In this document: piece by piece, positions 51,115 through 63,745 of the stretch
Numbering within the stretch: position 1 is the first letter of the stretch
Layout: every line of letters starts with the position of its first letter
Source of the DNA: Macrostomum lignano
Taxonomy: Eukaryota
NCBI GenBank assembly: GCA_002269645.1
Contig: NIVC01000398.1
Span: forward strand, 34,572 to 98,571
Length of the DNA: 64,000 nucleotides
Direction: 5' to 3'
Position numbers and translations under genes: made by a program
The notes under the pieces: model-generated
Databases searched by the model: none
Told to the model about the DNA's origin: nothing
The model's input: only the letters and a program-made list of their open reading frames with translations

Positions 51115-52462
51115 AGCCCACCAACAGACAGGGGGCGCCCACCAACAGACAGGGGGCGCCCACCAAGAGACAGGGGGCGCCCACCAAGAGACAGGGGGCG
51201 CCCACCAAGAGACAGGGGGCGCCCACCAAGAGACAGGGGGCGCCCACCAAGAGACAGGGGCGCCCACCAAGAGACAGGGGCGCCCACCAAGAGACAGGTG
51301 GCGCCCACCAACAGACAGGGGCCCCCACCAAGAGACAGGTGGCGCCCACCAACAGACAGGTGGCGCCCACCAACAGACAGGGGCCCCACCAAGAGACAGG
51401 TGGCGCCCACCAACAGACAGGGGCCCCCACCAAGAGACAGGGGGCGCCCACCAAGAGACAGGGGGCGCCCACCAAGAGACAGGGGGCGCCCACCAAGAGA
51501 CAGGGGGCGCCCACCAAGAGACAGGGGGCGCCCACCAAGAGACAGGTGGCGCCCACCAACAGACAGGGGCCCCCACCAAGAGACAGGGGGCGCCCACCAA
51601 GAGACAGGGGCGCCACCAAGAGACAGGGGGCGCCCACCAAGAGACAGGGGGCGCCCACCAAGAGACAGGGGGCGCCCACCAAGAGACAGGGGCGCCCACC
51701 AAGAGACAGGGGGCGCCCACCAAGAGACAGGGGCCCCCACCAAAAGATAGGGGCCCCCACCAAGAGACAGGGGGCGCCCACCAAGAGACAGGGGGCGCCC
51801 ACCAAGAGACAGGGGCGCCCACCAAGAGACAGGGGCGCCCACCAAGAGACAGGGGGCGCCCCCAAGAGACAGGGGCCCCCACCAAAAGATAGGGGCCCCA
51901 CCAAGAGACAGGGGCGCCCACCAAGAGACAGGGGGCGCCCACCAAGAGACAGGTGGCGCCCACCAACAGACAGGTGGCGCCCACCAAGAGACAGGGGGCG
52001 CCCTCCAAGAGACAGGGGCCCCCACCAAAAGATAGGGGCCCCCACCAAGAGACAGGGGGCGCCCACCAAGAGACAGGGGGCGCCCACCAAGAGACAGGTG
52101 GCGCCCACCAAGAGACAGGGGCCCCCACCAAGAGACAGGGGGCGCCCTCCAACAGACAGGGGCCCCGACCAAGAGACAGGGGGCGCCCACCAAGAGACAG
52201 GGGGCGCCCTCCAAGAGACAGGGGGCGCCCTCCAAGAGACAGGGGCCCCCACCAAGAGACAGGGGTGCCCACCAAGAGACAGGGGGCGCCCACCAAGAGA
52301 CAGACACGCCCACCAAGAAATGGGGGCACCCATCAAGAGACAGGAGCACCCACCAAGAGACAGGGATTCCCACCAAGAGACAGGGACACCCACCAAGAGA
52401 CAGGGACACCCACCAAGAGACAGGGATGCCCACCAAGAGACAGGGACGCCCACCATGAGACA
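51115..52462. repeat. 21-bp GC-rich minisatellite (cccaccaagagacagggggcg)
   Basis: About 65 units with 20-bp variants; source of the six artefactual long ORFs. Confidence 0.97.
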
Positions 52463-53369
52463 GTCAAAGTGGTTCTCTTAGGTTTTAACGAAACGAAAAT
52501 AATATAAAACGAAATAAATTAACTAAAAAATATATTTCTTCAAAAAGGAAATTTTCTATAAAAAATAGAATATAATATTCTATTACATTTGTCCACATTT
52601 TAGCCAGATGCATGCATCGCGTTTCCAGTCCAAGTAGCCAAAGGTCCATGAACCTGTCCGCCGCAATGGCCGCATCCTTTAGATGGCGCCAAGGTTATGC
52701 AAAATTCTGGCATAAATTCTGACATGCTGGCATATGTATTCCCACGGAATGGATTAAGGGTGTAAATATTCCCCCTAAAGGTTCTCCCCTAATCGACAGC
52801 CGCTCAAGTATCTGCGATACACTTCACACGTCTCGCAGTTGCCAACCAAAATCTCGAAATGATTTTTTTAATCCCCAAATTTTGTCGGATTGTTGGCAAG
52901 GTGCCGATGGGTGGGATAATCCTTCTGTGGCTTGGGGATGACTTGATACACGACTGAAGGAGGCTTCTGGGCTTGGGTAGGTATATCGTGGGTGGCACAG
53001 CACGGCCCCAGGGGCAATGGGCTTTGGCGCAATAATCTCTCACTAATCTTCTTTTACATTATTTCGTATTTAGTTCGTGTCAGTTATTGTTGTTAAATGA
53101 ATGAGGATTATATTGTTCGATATAAATCCCCAGCAGCTTAATCCATTCTTGGTATCAACATTTTCAAGGGGATGCCGAGCGAGTGTGCCAAGTTAGTGTT
53201 GATCTTAGTCGATACATTCAGTAGCTTTGTGAAGATGCTCTAAGCTCCTGCATTGCTTTCGAAGCAAGCAAATATTCGGGACAGTGTGGCTTCACAAGAA
53301 AAAAGTGATGAAATTATCTAGGTAGAAAGACAGACAGAGAAGGGGGAATTTATAGAGTGAGATGATAGA

Positions 53370-53965
53370 TTAGAAAGAAAGAGAAAGAGATGAGAGGGTG
53401 AGAAGAGGGTGAAGAGGCTGAGAGGAGAGGGTGAGAGGACAGTGGAGAGGGTAATAGGAGAGTGGAGAGGGTGAGAGGAGAGTAGAGAGGAGAGTGGAGA
53501 GGGTGAGAGGAGAGTGGAGAGTGGAGAGGAGAGTGGAGAGGAGAGTGGAGAGGGTGAGAGGAGAGTGGAGAGTGGAGAGGAGAGTGGAGAGGAGAGTATA
53601 GAGGGTGAGAGGAGAGTGGAGAATGGAGAGGAGAGTGGAGAGGGTGAGAGGAGAGTGGAGAGGGTGAGAGGAGAGTATAGAGGGTGAGAGGAGAGTGGAG
53701 AGGGTGAGAGGAGAGTAGAGAGGAGAGTATAGAGGGTGAGAGGAGAGTGGAGAGGGTGAGAGGAGAGTATAGAGGGTGAGAGGAGAGTATAGAGGGTGAG
53801 AGGAGAGTGGAGAGGGTGAGAGGAGAGTAGAGAGGAGAGTATAGAGGGTGAGAGGAGAGTGGAGAATGGAGAGGAGAGTATAGAGGGTGAGAGGAGAGTG
53901 GAGAGGGTGAGAGGAGAGTAGAGAGGAGAGTATAGACGGTGAGAGGAGAGTGGAGACAGTGAGAA
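53370..53965. repeat. Polypurine compound repeat (gaggagagtggagagggtga / gaggagagtgga)
   Basis: Mixed 12- and 20-bp units, almost purely G/A. Confidence 0.93.
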
Positions 53966-54481
53966 GATAGTGGGGCAGGGTGAGTGGTGAAGGGAGAAGA
54001 TGAGAGGATGATAACATAGAGATGAGATGAAAGGCGCGAGATGAGAGTATGATTAAATATTCAGAGCAAATTCTGTCTAAAATGTTCTAATGGAGGCTTG
54101 CTTTAAGCATCTATCAGTCTATCATCTAATTGCCGCAAACTCAAGTCACAAAGGATGAATATCAGAAAGGCACTGAGAAATTCATGATTCAAAGCCAATT
54201 CAGCATAGAGAACTCTTTGTCATTTGTTTCTACCATATAGTCTATATCTATACTTGGCTACCTAAATATGCACATGCTGAGAAGAGAGCCCCCAGGCAGT
54301 GGATTGAGGAGGGCGAATTGCTGACGATGCCTGACTGAAATGGCATTCGAAATGATACAGCACAAGAAGCAAAAATTGTTCCGAAGCAGATCTGCTTCTT
54401 TTGGCTATTTGACTAAGCAATCCCGAACGGCGTGGCACAGCAAACAAATGAATGAAGCGGCTGATAATTGCTGCCGGAATA

Positions 54482-54545
54482 GCGTGACCCGGATTCGAGC
54501 CCGGAACTCTCTTGCAGGCAGCAGCTACGGCCACCTGCTGCCTTC
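54482..54545 (-). other. Degenerate tRNA-like sequence (possible SINE head)
   Basis: Minus strand has T-arm-like ccgggctcgaatccggg and a ctgcaa loop; no acceptor stem. Confidence 0.25.
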
Positions 54546-54669
54546 GACTGTGAATTGATCTGCTTCTTTTCTGCTTGCATCCGCTTTGTTCTCAAGCAAA
54601 ACAGAAGCAGCGCTTCCTGATTCTCTGTGGTGTCTGCTTTGGTCACGGATGCCAGTCAGAATTGCCATC

Positions 54670-54968
<299 letters not shown>

Positions 54969-54990
54969 TGAAATACAAAGAAAGGAAGAT

Positions 54991-56563
54991 GCCTCAGGCT
55001 CAGGTGCAACATGGTCGGTAACAAGTTTTACATTACTGTCGGAATTTCTTAAAAGCAGAAGATTTCAATTAGCTGTATAGCCGGTGTCCAATGTCAGTGT
55101 ATTCACATCCATTTAACATATATACAAATTCATTTTTATACCCTAAGGGGCCCCCCGCCTGCGCGGTCAATTCAGCTTCGCGCATGGCAACTGCACAGGT
55201 AGCCCTGGGCCTGCTCCCGTGCTGCACAGTATAAATAAGCTGCTTCCACAGCACTGCAGCGCAAATATTTCTGCAGCCAAACGGGGGAAAACTTCTCAGC
55301 GTTGGGCGGAGGACAAGACGGGCGCGGGTGGACAGGGGCTGGGACAAGGGCAGGTTGCGACGGAGGCAAATGTAATTTAGACGATATAATATTAATATAA
55401 TTGCTTACAGCCTTAGACTTTCACTTCCATCATGACTTGCCCGAGGCTATAAGCTAAGCCCGCCGCTGGGAAAATTAAGGGCTGGGGAATGAGGAATAAT
55501 CCGCTGCAGCAGAGGAGAAAATTCAATTCCCATGATGGAGCTCAGTATAGAGTCTGCGCTTACACACTGTATACAGGAGACTTTGGGGAAGAAAAAAAGC
55601 GAAGTTCAATAGGGAGTTAGTTGCCTTATAACATTTTCCATTCGACCAAGGACTTCTAGATAAGAAACATCTGGACTAGAAAGCATTCTTGAAGATTTAC
55701 AGTTAGGCTACGAATATTTTTCGTGGTTTGCTCCAAACCAAACGCCTAATATCATAATTATCGTTACTACTATGGTCATGGAAGTCCTTGAATACTAAGC
55801 ATGTTTTCATTTCAAACAGCAATAGTTATTATTTATTACAAATATTTCTAATTTTAAATTCTGTCATTTCTAGGGCTAGACTGTAGAAGATTTGAATACT
55901 TGATTATAACTGAAGCTGACAACAGCATCTATTCCTGCTTCTGAGTCTTGAGCTTATAAGTTTAGCTCCACTCCAGATCCCACCTCAGGCCCAGTGCCCT
56001 ATAGGGACTCCATTACTTTCCTGTCATATTGGTATTGGGAAGCGGGAACAGAAAATGGAGGGTAATTTCGCTTCGGGGTGGCTAGGGGTTGGTCGGCCAG
56101 GGGTCCAAGGATGAAGCGGGGGAGTCTGGGTCGAATCTTATAGGTTCCCGGAGGGTTCCGCCCGTCCGCCTGATCTGCTTCTCTTCCCCGCTCAGTCTGT
56201 CAGTCTGTCTCTGTTCCATCGTCTGAGAAAGACTTGGTTGGAGCCCTCAAGCTAGCCGGGGGTGGGGTGCGCTATACGCAATTTTCAGAGGGGCTTTGCA
56301 TGGGTCTGGGAGATTCGCAGCCTGCCTGAAGCAGCGGCAGTAGCAGCAGCCGACCAGCCAACCAACTTGCAGCCTCCGGCTTCACCTCCCACCCGCCGCC
56401 GTCCGTCGCCCCCCCCGCCCCGACATCCCCAGAAGCAACAAGAGACGGAAAAGAGGCGGCGGGCGAGTTAGGAACCGGAGATCCTCAATTTAGGCCCTCT
56501 GTGTGTGTCTGTCTCTCTGTGTGTCGCTCCTCAGAGCCGAAAGCTCCACCTTAGCCCGAAGGC
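54991..56563 (+). promoter_or_regulatory. Candidate TFAP2 upstream regulatory region with AP-2 consensus sites and a TATA box
   Basis: GCCN3GGC at 54991, 55202 and 55439; GCCN4GGC at 56554; TATAAATA at 55230-55237; CpG-retaining unique DNA. Confidence 0.4.
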
Positions 56564-56817
56564 CCGCCGCGTCGCTCTCGCTGCCATTCTCTCTATCCCC
56601 TCAGCTGCAGCCGGCGCCCTCTTCCCCTGTATCAGTCCTCGGGCCATAGACAATTCAGCTGGACTTACCCAGCCTGCCTGTCTCTCTCTCTCCGTTCCTA
56701 TCTGCCTCTGGGCCCTTTTCCTCTCTCGGCACTTATTTGCGGCCCTTTGTGTGCCCCTCCCTCCACTCGGCCATTCTTAACTTATAGGCTTATAATAGTT
56801 ATTAAAAATATAAAGAA

Positions 56818-56853
56818 ATGTCCTTTCTGGCTATTGACTCTAACGGCTGGCAG
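56818..56853 (+). CDS. TFAP2: AP-2 transcription factor, first coding exon MSFLAIDSNGWQ
   Basis: ATG with an in-frame upstream TAA; CAG|gtaag donor in phase 0; joins DRRSG at 61924, mirroring the recalled human TFAP2A isoform c start MSILAKMGDWQ|DRHDG. Confidence 0.75.
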
Positions 56854-57564
56854 GTAAGGGTGTTGTTAAAAATTATTTTGTCTAATTATCAAAATATCAG
56901 GGGATGGATTCAATGGAAGTTTCTCGGGTTGGTGGCCAACTATATATTGTGACTCTTGTTGGGCCTATGCGATTTTTTACTGTGCTTGCTTCTCATAGTC
57001 ATATCCGTAGAAGGGTTTTAACTATCTATCTTAACCCCGAATACAAAATTAAGTTAATTGACACTTTGCCTGTCTGTATTATTATTAACACTATACCGTG
57101 CTGTTTGGTTCTATAGAAAATTATGATACACGAATATTAGCTCCCCAATGCTTGATGCCGCATGCAGCCTCCCTCGGGTCGACGCTTTGTTTATTTTGCT
57201 GGACAGGTGGATAATTACAAGGGAGGGGGCATTGAGATATCTCTCAGCAGCCGCCGCAGCCTCACCATCAACCACATCCCCCCCACTGCGTGCGATCAAA
57301 CACGATTGAATAACCAATGAACTAAGGCACTGGTTTACACAGATATCGGATAAGACGCCTTGAAAATATTGTATATTCTCATAAATATATGCTTATTGCT
57401 ACATACAGTGAACGCCAAGTATTAGAGCTGCGGGATAGAAATTTGATATCTAAATGAGGCATCCTTTTTAATAGGTCACCATTGCGTGCGTGTGTTGGGG
57501 ACCAACGGGACGTCAGTTATAGTGACCATTAGTAAAAATAGGGCCCCTTCATTTAAAAAAAGCA

Positions 57565-59942
57565 TCATCACTCAAACAGAGCACCATCACTCACTCAAAC
57601 AAAATAGCATCACGCAAACAGAACAGCTATCACTCAAGCAGAACAGCAATCACTCAAACAGAACAACATCACTCAAACAGAACAGCAATCACTCAAACAG
57701 AACAACATCACTCAAACAGAACAACATCACTCAAACAGAACAACACCACTCAAACAGAACAACATCACTCAAACAGAACAACATCACTCAAACAGAACAA
57801 CATCACTCAAACAGAACAGCATCACTCCAACAGAACAGCATCACTCAAACAGAACAACATCACTCAAACAGAACAGCATCACTCAAACAGAACAACATCA
57901 CTCAAACAGAACAACATCACTCAAACAGAACATCACTCAAACAGAACAGCATCACTCAAACAGAACAGCATCACTCAAACAGAACAGCATCACTCAAACA
58001 GAACAACATCACTCAAACAAAACAGCAATCACTCAAACAGAACAACATCACTCAAACAGAACAGCATCACTCAAACAGAACAGCATCACTCAAACAGAAC
58101 AGCATCACTCAAACAGAACAACATCACTCAAACAAAACAGCAATCACTCAAACAGAACAACATCACTCAAACAGAACAGCATCACTCAAACAGAACAGCA
58201 TCACTCAAACAGAACAACATCACTCAAACAGAACATCAACAACATCACTCAAACAGAACAACATCACTCAAACAGAACAACATCACTCAAACAAAACAGC
58301 ATCACTCAAACAAAACAGCATCACTCAAACAGAACAGCATCACTCAAACAGAACAACATCACTCAAACAAAACAGCAATCACTCAAACAGAACAACATCA
58401 CTCAAACAGAACAGCATCACTCAAACAGAACAGCATCACTCAAACAGAACAACATCACTCAAACAGAACATCAACAACATCACTCAAACAGAACAACATC
58501 ACTCAAACAGAACAACATCACTCAAACAGAACAACATCACTCAAACAGAACAACATCACTCAAACAGAACAGCCATCACTCAAACAGAACAGCCATCACT
58601 CAAACAGAACAGCCATCACTCAAACAGAACAGCCATCACTCAAACAGAACAACATCACTCAAACAGAACAGCCATCACTCAAACAGAACAGCCATCACTC
58701 AAACAGAACAACATCACTCAAACAGAACAACATCACTCAAACAGAACAACATCACTCAAACAGAACAACATCACTCAAACAGAACAGCCATCACTCAAAC
58801 AGAACAGCCATCACTCAAACAGAACAGCCATCACTCAAACAGAACAACATCACTCAAACAGAACAACATCACTCAAACAGAACAGCATCACTCAAACAGA
58901 ACAACATCACTCAAACAGAACAACATCACTCAAACAGAACAACATCACTCAAACAGAACAGCCATCACTCAAACAGAACAGCCATCACTCAAACAGAACA
59001 GCCATCACTCAAACAGAACAGCCATCACTCAAACAGAACAACATCACTCAAACAGAACAGCCATCACTCAAACAGAACAGCCATCACTCAAACAGAACAA
59101 CATCACTCAAACAGAACAACATCACTCAAACAGAACAGCATCACTCAAACAGAACAGCCATCACTCAAACAGAACAACATCACTCAAACAGAACAACATC
59201 ACTCAAACAGAACAGCCATCACTCAAACAGAACAGCCATCACTCAAACAGAACAACATCACTCAAACAGAACAACATCACTCAAACAGAACAGCCATCAC
59301 TCAAACAGAACAGCCATCACTCAAACAGAACAGCCATCACTCAAACAGAACAGCCATCACTCAAACAGAACAGCCATCACTCAAACAGAACAACATCACT
59401 CAAACAAACAGCCATCACTCAAACAGAACAGCCATCACTCAAACAGAACAGCCATCACTCAAACAGAACAACATCACTCAAACAGAACAACATCACTCAA
59501 ACAGAACAGCATCACTCAACAGAACAACATCACTCAAACAGAACAGCATCACTCAAACAGAACAGCATCACTCAAACAGAACAGCCATCACTCAAACAGA
59601 ACAACATCACTCAAACAGAACAGCATCACTCAAACAGAACAGCATCACTCAAACAGAACAGCCATCACTCAAACAGAACAACATCACTCAAACAGAACAG
59701 CATCACTCAAACAGAACAGCCATCACTCAAACAGAACAACATCACTCAAACAGAACAGCATCACTCAAACAGAACAACATCACTCAAACAGAACAACATC
59801 ACTCAAACAGAACAGCCATCACTCAAACAGAACAACATCACTCAAACAGAACAGCATCACTCAAACAGAACAGCCATCACTCAAACAGAACAACATCACT
59901 CAAACAGAACAACATCACTCAAACAGAACAACATCACTCCAA
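57565..59942. repeat. 19-20-bp C/A-rich minisatellite (atcactcaaacagaacaac / ...agcc) in TFAP2 intron 1
   Basis: About 120 units; the 843-aa ORF is a by-product. Confidence 0.98.
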
Positions 59943-60409
59943 CACATTCTGCATTATTCATATCTGATACTTCAATCGAACCAATCATATTTAATAAACC
60001 ATAATTGCCCTCATTAAATTCGCAGGGTTCCGGATTCTACAAGCACTACTACGGTGAAAAGGTAATTGTTGATTTATTTAAGACCATTAATTATTGTTAA
60101 TTATTGTTCTGATCGATATATTCGCTGTCCCTGTGCACGCATAACTCCCATGCGCTGTTGGGCAGAGACAGAGCGGTGCTGCATGGCTCGGCCCCCAATG
60201 AGAGAGCGACGGGGAGTCGCAGCGGCAGGGTGACCAAGCAAATTTTTCTCTGTAGGATTAAAGATGTTGCTCCAGCCGCAGTTTCTTAGAAAACTAAAAA
60301 CCCCAGCCTCTTATTCCTTGGCTCAACCTTGTCCGCCACCAAACTCTTCCTTTATCATCCGCCCCTACCGGATTCCCCTGGTCCATCCTCCTTGGTCTAC
60401 CCCTCTCCT

Positions 60410-61135
60410 ATCCCTCTCCGATTCACCCCTCTCCGATCCGCCCCTCTCCGATCCGCCCCTCTCCGATCCGCCCCTCTCCGATCCGCCCCTCTCCGATCCG
60501 CCCCTCTCCGGTCCTCCCCTACCTGATCCGCCCCTCTCCGATCCGCCATTCCCAGATCCGCTCCTCCCCAATCCGCCCCTGATAGAACTGCCCCTCCCAG
60601 ATCCGCCCCTCCCAGATCCGCCCCTCCCAGATCTGCCCCTCCCAGATCTGCCCCTCCCAGATCCGCCCCTCCCAGATCCGCCCCTCCCAGATCCGCCCCT
60701 CCCAGATCCGCCCCTCCCAGATCTGCCCCTCCAGATCCGCCCCTCCCAGATCCGCCCCTCCCAGATCCGCCCTCCCAGATCCCCCCTCCCAGATCCGCCC
60801 CTCCCAGATCCGCCCCTCCAAGATCCGCCCCTCCCAGATCCGCCCCTCCCAGATCCGCCCCTCCCAGATCCGCCCCTCCCAGATCCGCCCCTCCCAGATC
60901 CGCCCCTCCCAGATCCGCCCCTCCCAGATCCGCCCCTCCCAGATCCGCCCCTCCCAGATCCGCCCCTCCCAGATCCGCCCCTCCCAGATCCGCCCCTCCC
61001 AGATCCGCCCCTCCCAGATCCGCCCCTCCCAGATCCGCCCCTCCCAGATTCGCCCCTCCCAGATCCGCCTCTCCCAGATTCGCCCCTCCCAGATCCGCCC
61101 CTCCCAGATCCGCCCCTCCCCCAATCCGCCCATTC
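60410..61135. repeat. 15-bp C-rich minisatellite (ccgcccctcccagat) in TFAP2 intron 1
   Basis: About 48 units. Confidence 0.97.
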
Positions 61136-61923
61136 TCGAACCGCCCCTCCTTATCCTCCCTTATCCAACCTTACAAAGATGGACATCGCCATAATGCAGC
61201 AACATCCAGGAACAGCCGGCAGATGTCTCAAAATGCCCCAGCCCCTACCCAATCATTATTTTTTCACCTGTACCCGATTGGATATTCGTTGACCTATAGT
61301 CCAGCTCGGCAAAAGTAAATTTGCTCAAACCTCGGTGTGCACGTGGAGTTGTTGCTCGAGAGCATCGTCTGTAACAGCAACCGCATGCTGCCCGTTCTGA
61401 CCGATCAGAGGAGACTGCCATCAGCCTGTCAGCAAGCCGATTGGGACTATTTTGTAATTGTGAGATAGAAAGGGAGAGAGGATCTATTAAAGTATTGTGT
61501 GCCCTTTAGCGGTCATGGCATATCTATTGTTTGACAATATTAGACAATTGAATCCATTGGGCTTTGATATTATACAAACCTGGGATAGGAGAGAACAAGC
61601 AAGAGGATAACTAGGGACTATTATGTTAACTTAAGCTCATAAGGTGGAATCTCTACTTATCCTCTTGCTTGTTCTCTCCTTTCCTAGGTCCTTTTTGTCA
61701 CTTTTTGCCAAATCCAGCTTCCTGGTGTCACTGTGAGCAGAGTGACGTATCATTTGTGTACATGGGTTACTCGGGCTCCACCCTATGAGCATAAGGTGAC
61801 AGGCCCTTTGAGCTTTCAATCTTCAGAATCTCGATCCGGAAGTCAAACATCTGCCTCATCATCATCCGGCACTTTTTCTTCCAGCTTAACAACACATCTC
61901 CACTTCAACAACGTCACACGCAG

Positions 61924-62358
61924 GACCGTCGCAGCGGCGAGCTGCACACTCTCGGTCTGGCCACCCCGGTGCCGCCGTTTGGCGCTCAAACCTCGACAGC
62001 GTCCGGCCATCATCATGCCTCAGCGTCCGCTGCAGCGGCGGCGGCAGCGGCGGCTGCAGCTGCTGCCACGGTTCCGCAGCAGAACCCAACCCAGCAGCAG
62101 CAGCAACAACAACAGCCTCCGCCAACGGATTTCCAGCCTCCCTATTTCCCGCCGCCCTATCCGCATCATCACTCGCACCAGCCGCATCAGCACTCGGTGG
62201 TGCCGGCTGAATTTCACGATCCCTGGCAACAATTTGCCAGCGCCAATGCCGTGGGCTACGGGTCATTGTACGGGCACCCTGATCCTCACGGCTGCCGCGG
62301 CTACCAGACTGCCGCTGTTGCCACGGCCGCTCTGGCCGCCCGTGGAAGACACGAACTG

Positions 62359-62392
<34 letters not shown>

Positions 62393-62511
62393 AGCAGCAG
62401 ATACATCAGCAGCAGCAGCAACTGCAGCAGCAACAGCAGCAGCAGCAGCAGCAGCAACAGCAATTGGAACAACTTGGTTTAGGCTTGTCCGTGCATAGCT
62501 TGGATAATCAG
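61924..62511 (+). CDS. TFAP2: AP-2 transcription factor exon 2 (activation region with PY motif, poly-Ala, poly-Gln)
   Basis: Contains TDFQPPYFPPPY, the diagnostic AP-2 family PY motif; acceptor cgcag|GAC (alternative in-frame ttttcttccag at 61885); donor CAG|gttaat. Confidence 0.92.
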
Positions 62512-62594
62512 GTTAATTTTTTTAATCATCGTTGGTTATGATTACATGTCGTCATCTGTTAATTTATATCTATAATCCATATTTACATTTGCAG

Positions 62595-62649
62595 TCAAGC
62601 CTGGAAGACAGCTCCTACATGTCGCCGGACCATGTTCTGACTCGACGGG
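62595..62649 (+). CDS. TFAP2: AP-2 transcription factor 55-nt exon SSLEDSSYMSPDHVLTRR-G
   Basis: Acceptor tacatttgcag and donor G|gtaagt; phase 0 in, phase 1 out; comparable to the short vertebrate exon HVEDPGINIPDQTVIKKG. Confidence 0.85.
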
Positions 62650-62689
62650 GTAAGTTTTAGATACTATGATTTACCCTCGGATCCTGACA

Positions 62690-63745
62690 CTTCTGACCCT
62701 CGGATCCTGACACTTCTGACCCTCGGATCCTGACCCTGTGACCCTAGTATCCTGACACTTCTGACCCTCGGATCCTGACACTTTGGGACTCGGATCCTGA
62801 CACTTCTGACCCTCGGATCCTAACACTTCTGACCCTTGAATCCTGACACTTCTGACCCTCGGATCCTGACACTTTTTACCCTCGGATCCTGACACTTTTG
62901 GGACTCGGATCCTGACACTTCTGACACTCGGATCCTGACACTTCTGACCTCGATCCTGACACCTGTGACCCTAGTATCCTGACACTTCTAGGACTCGAAT
63001 CCTGACACTTCTGACCCTCGGATCCTGACACTTCTGACCCTAGTATCCTGACACTTTGGGACTCGGATCCTGAACACTTTGGGACTCGGATCCTGACACT
63101 TCTGACCCTCGGATCCTGACACTTTTTACCCTCGGATCCTGACACTTTTGGGACTCGTATCCTGACACTTCTGACCCTCGGATCCTGACACTTCTGACCT
63201 CGGATCCTGACACTTCTGACCCTCGGATCCTGACACTTTTTACCCTGGATCCTGACACTTTGGACTCGGATCCTGACACTTTGGGACTCGGATCCTGACA
63301 CTTCTGACCCTCGGATCCTGACACTTTTTACCTCGGATCCTGACACTTTTGGGACTCGTATCCTGACACTTCTGACCCTCGGATCCTGACACTTCTGACC
63401 CTCGGATCCTGACACTTCTGACCCTCGGATCCTGACACTTCTGACCCTCGGATTCTGACATTTCTGACCTTCGGATCCTGACACTTCTGACCTTCGGATC
63501 CTGACACTTCTGACCTTCGGATCCTGACACTTCTGACCCTCGGATTCTGACACTTCTGACCCTCGGATCCTGACACTTCTGACCCTCGGATCCTGACCCT
63601 GTGACCCTAGTATCCTGACACTTCTGACCCTCGGATTCTGACACTTTTGACTCTCGGATCCTGACACCTCGGACCCTCGGATCCTGACACTTTTCACTCT
63701 CGGATCCTGTCACTTTTGGGACCAGATCCTGACACCTCTGACCCT
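62690..63745. repeat. 23-bp minisatellite (ctcggatcctgacacttctgacc) in TFAP2 intron
   Basis: About 46 units. Confidence 0.97.

Noticed and set aside
51094-52507. Six 150-450 aa ORFs
   Set aside because: 21/20-bp minisatellite with frameshifting variants.
57486-60017. 843-aa ORF (ITQTEQHHSNRT repeats)
   Set aside because: Translation of a 19/20-bp C/A-rich array that cannot easily form stops; it shifts among all three peptide phases and lies in TFAP2 intron 1.
60264-61292. 342-aa Pro-rich (PDPPL)n ORF
   Set aside because: 15-bp array with frameshifting units, no splice support; intronic to TFAP2.
61179-61800. Other candidate TFAP2 start exons near 61.2-61.8 kb
   Set aside because: Their ATGs hit stops or lack a phase-0 donor.
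61733-62482. Alternative-frame ORFs over TFAP2 exon 2, including antisense poly-Leu
   Set aside because: Shadows of the GC-rich CAG-repeat coding frame; only one frame has the AP-2 PY motif.
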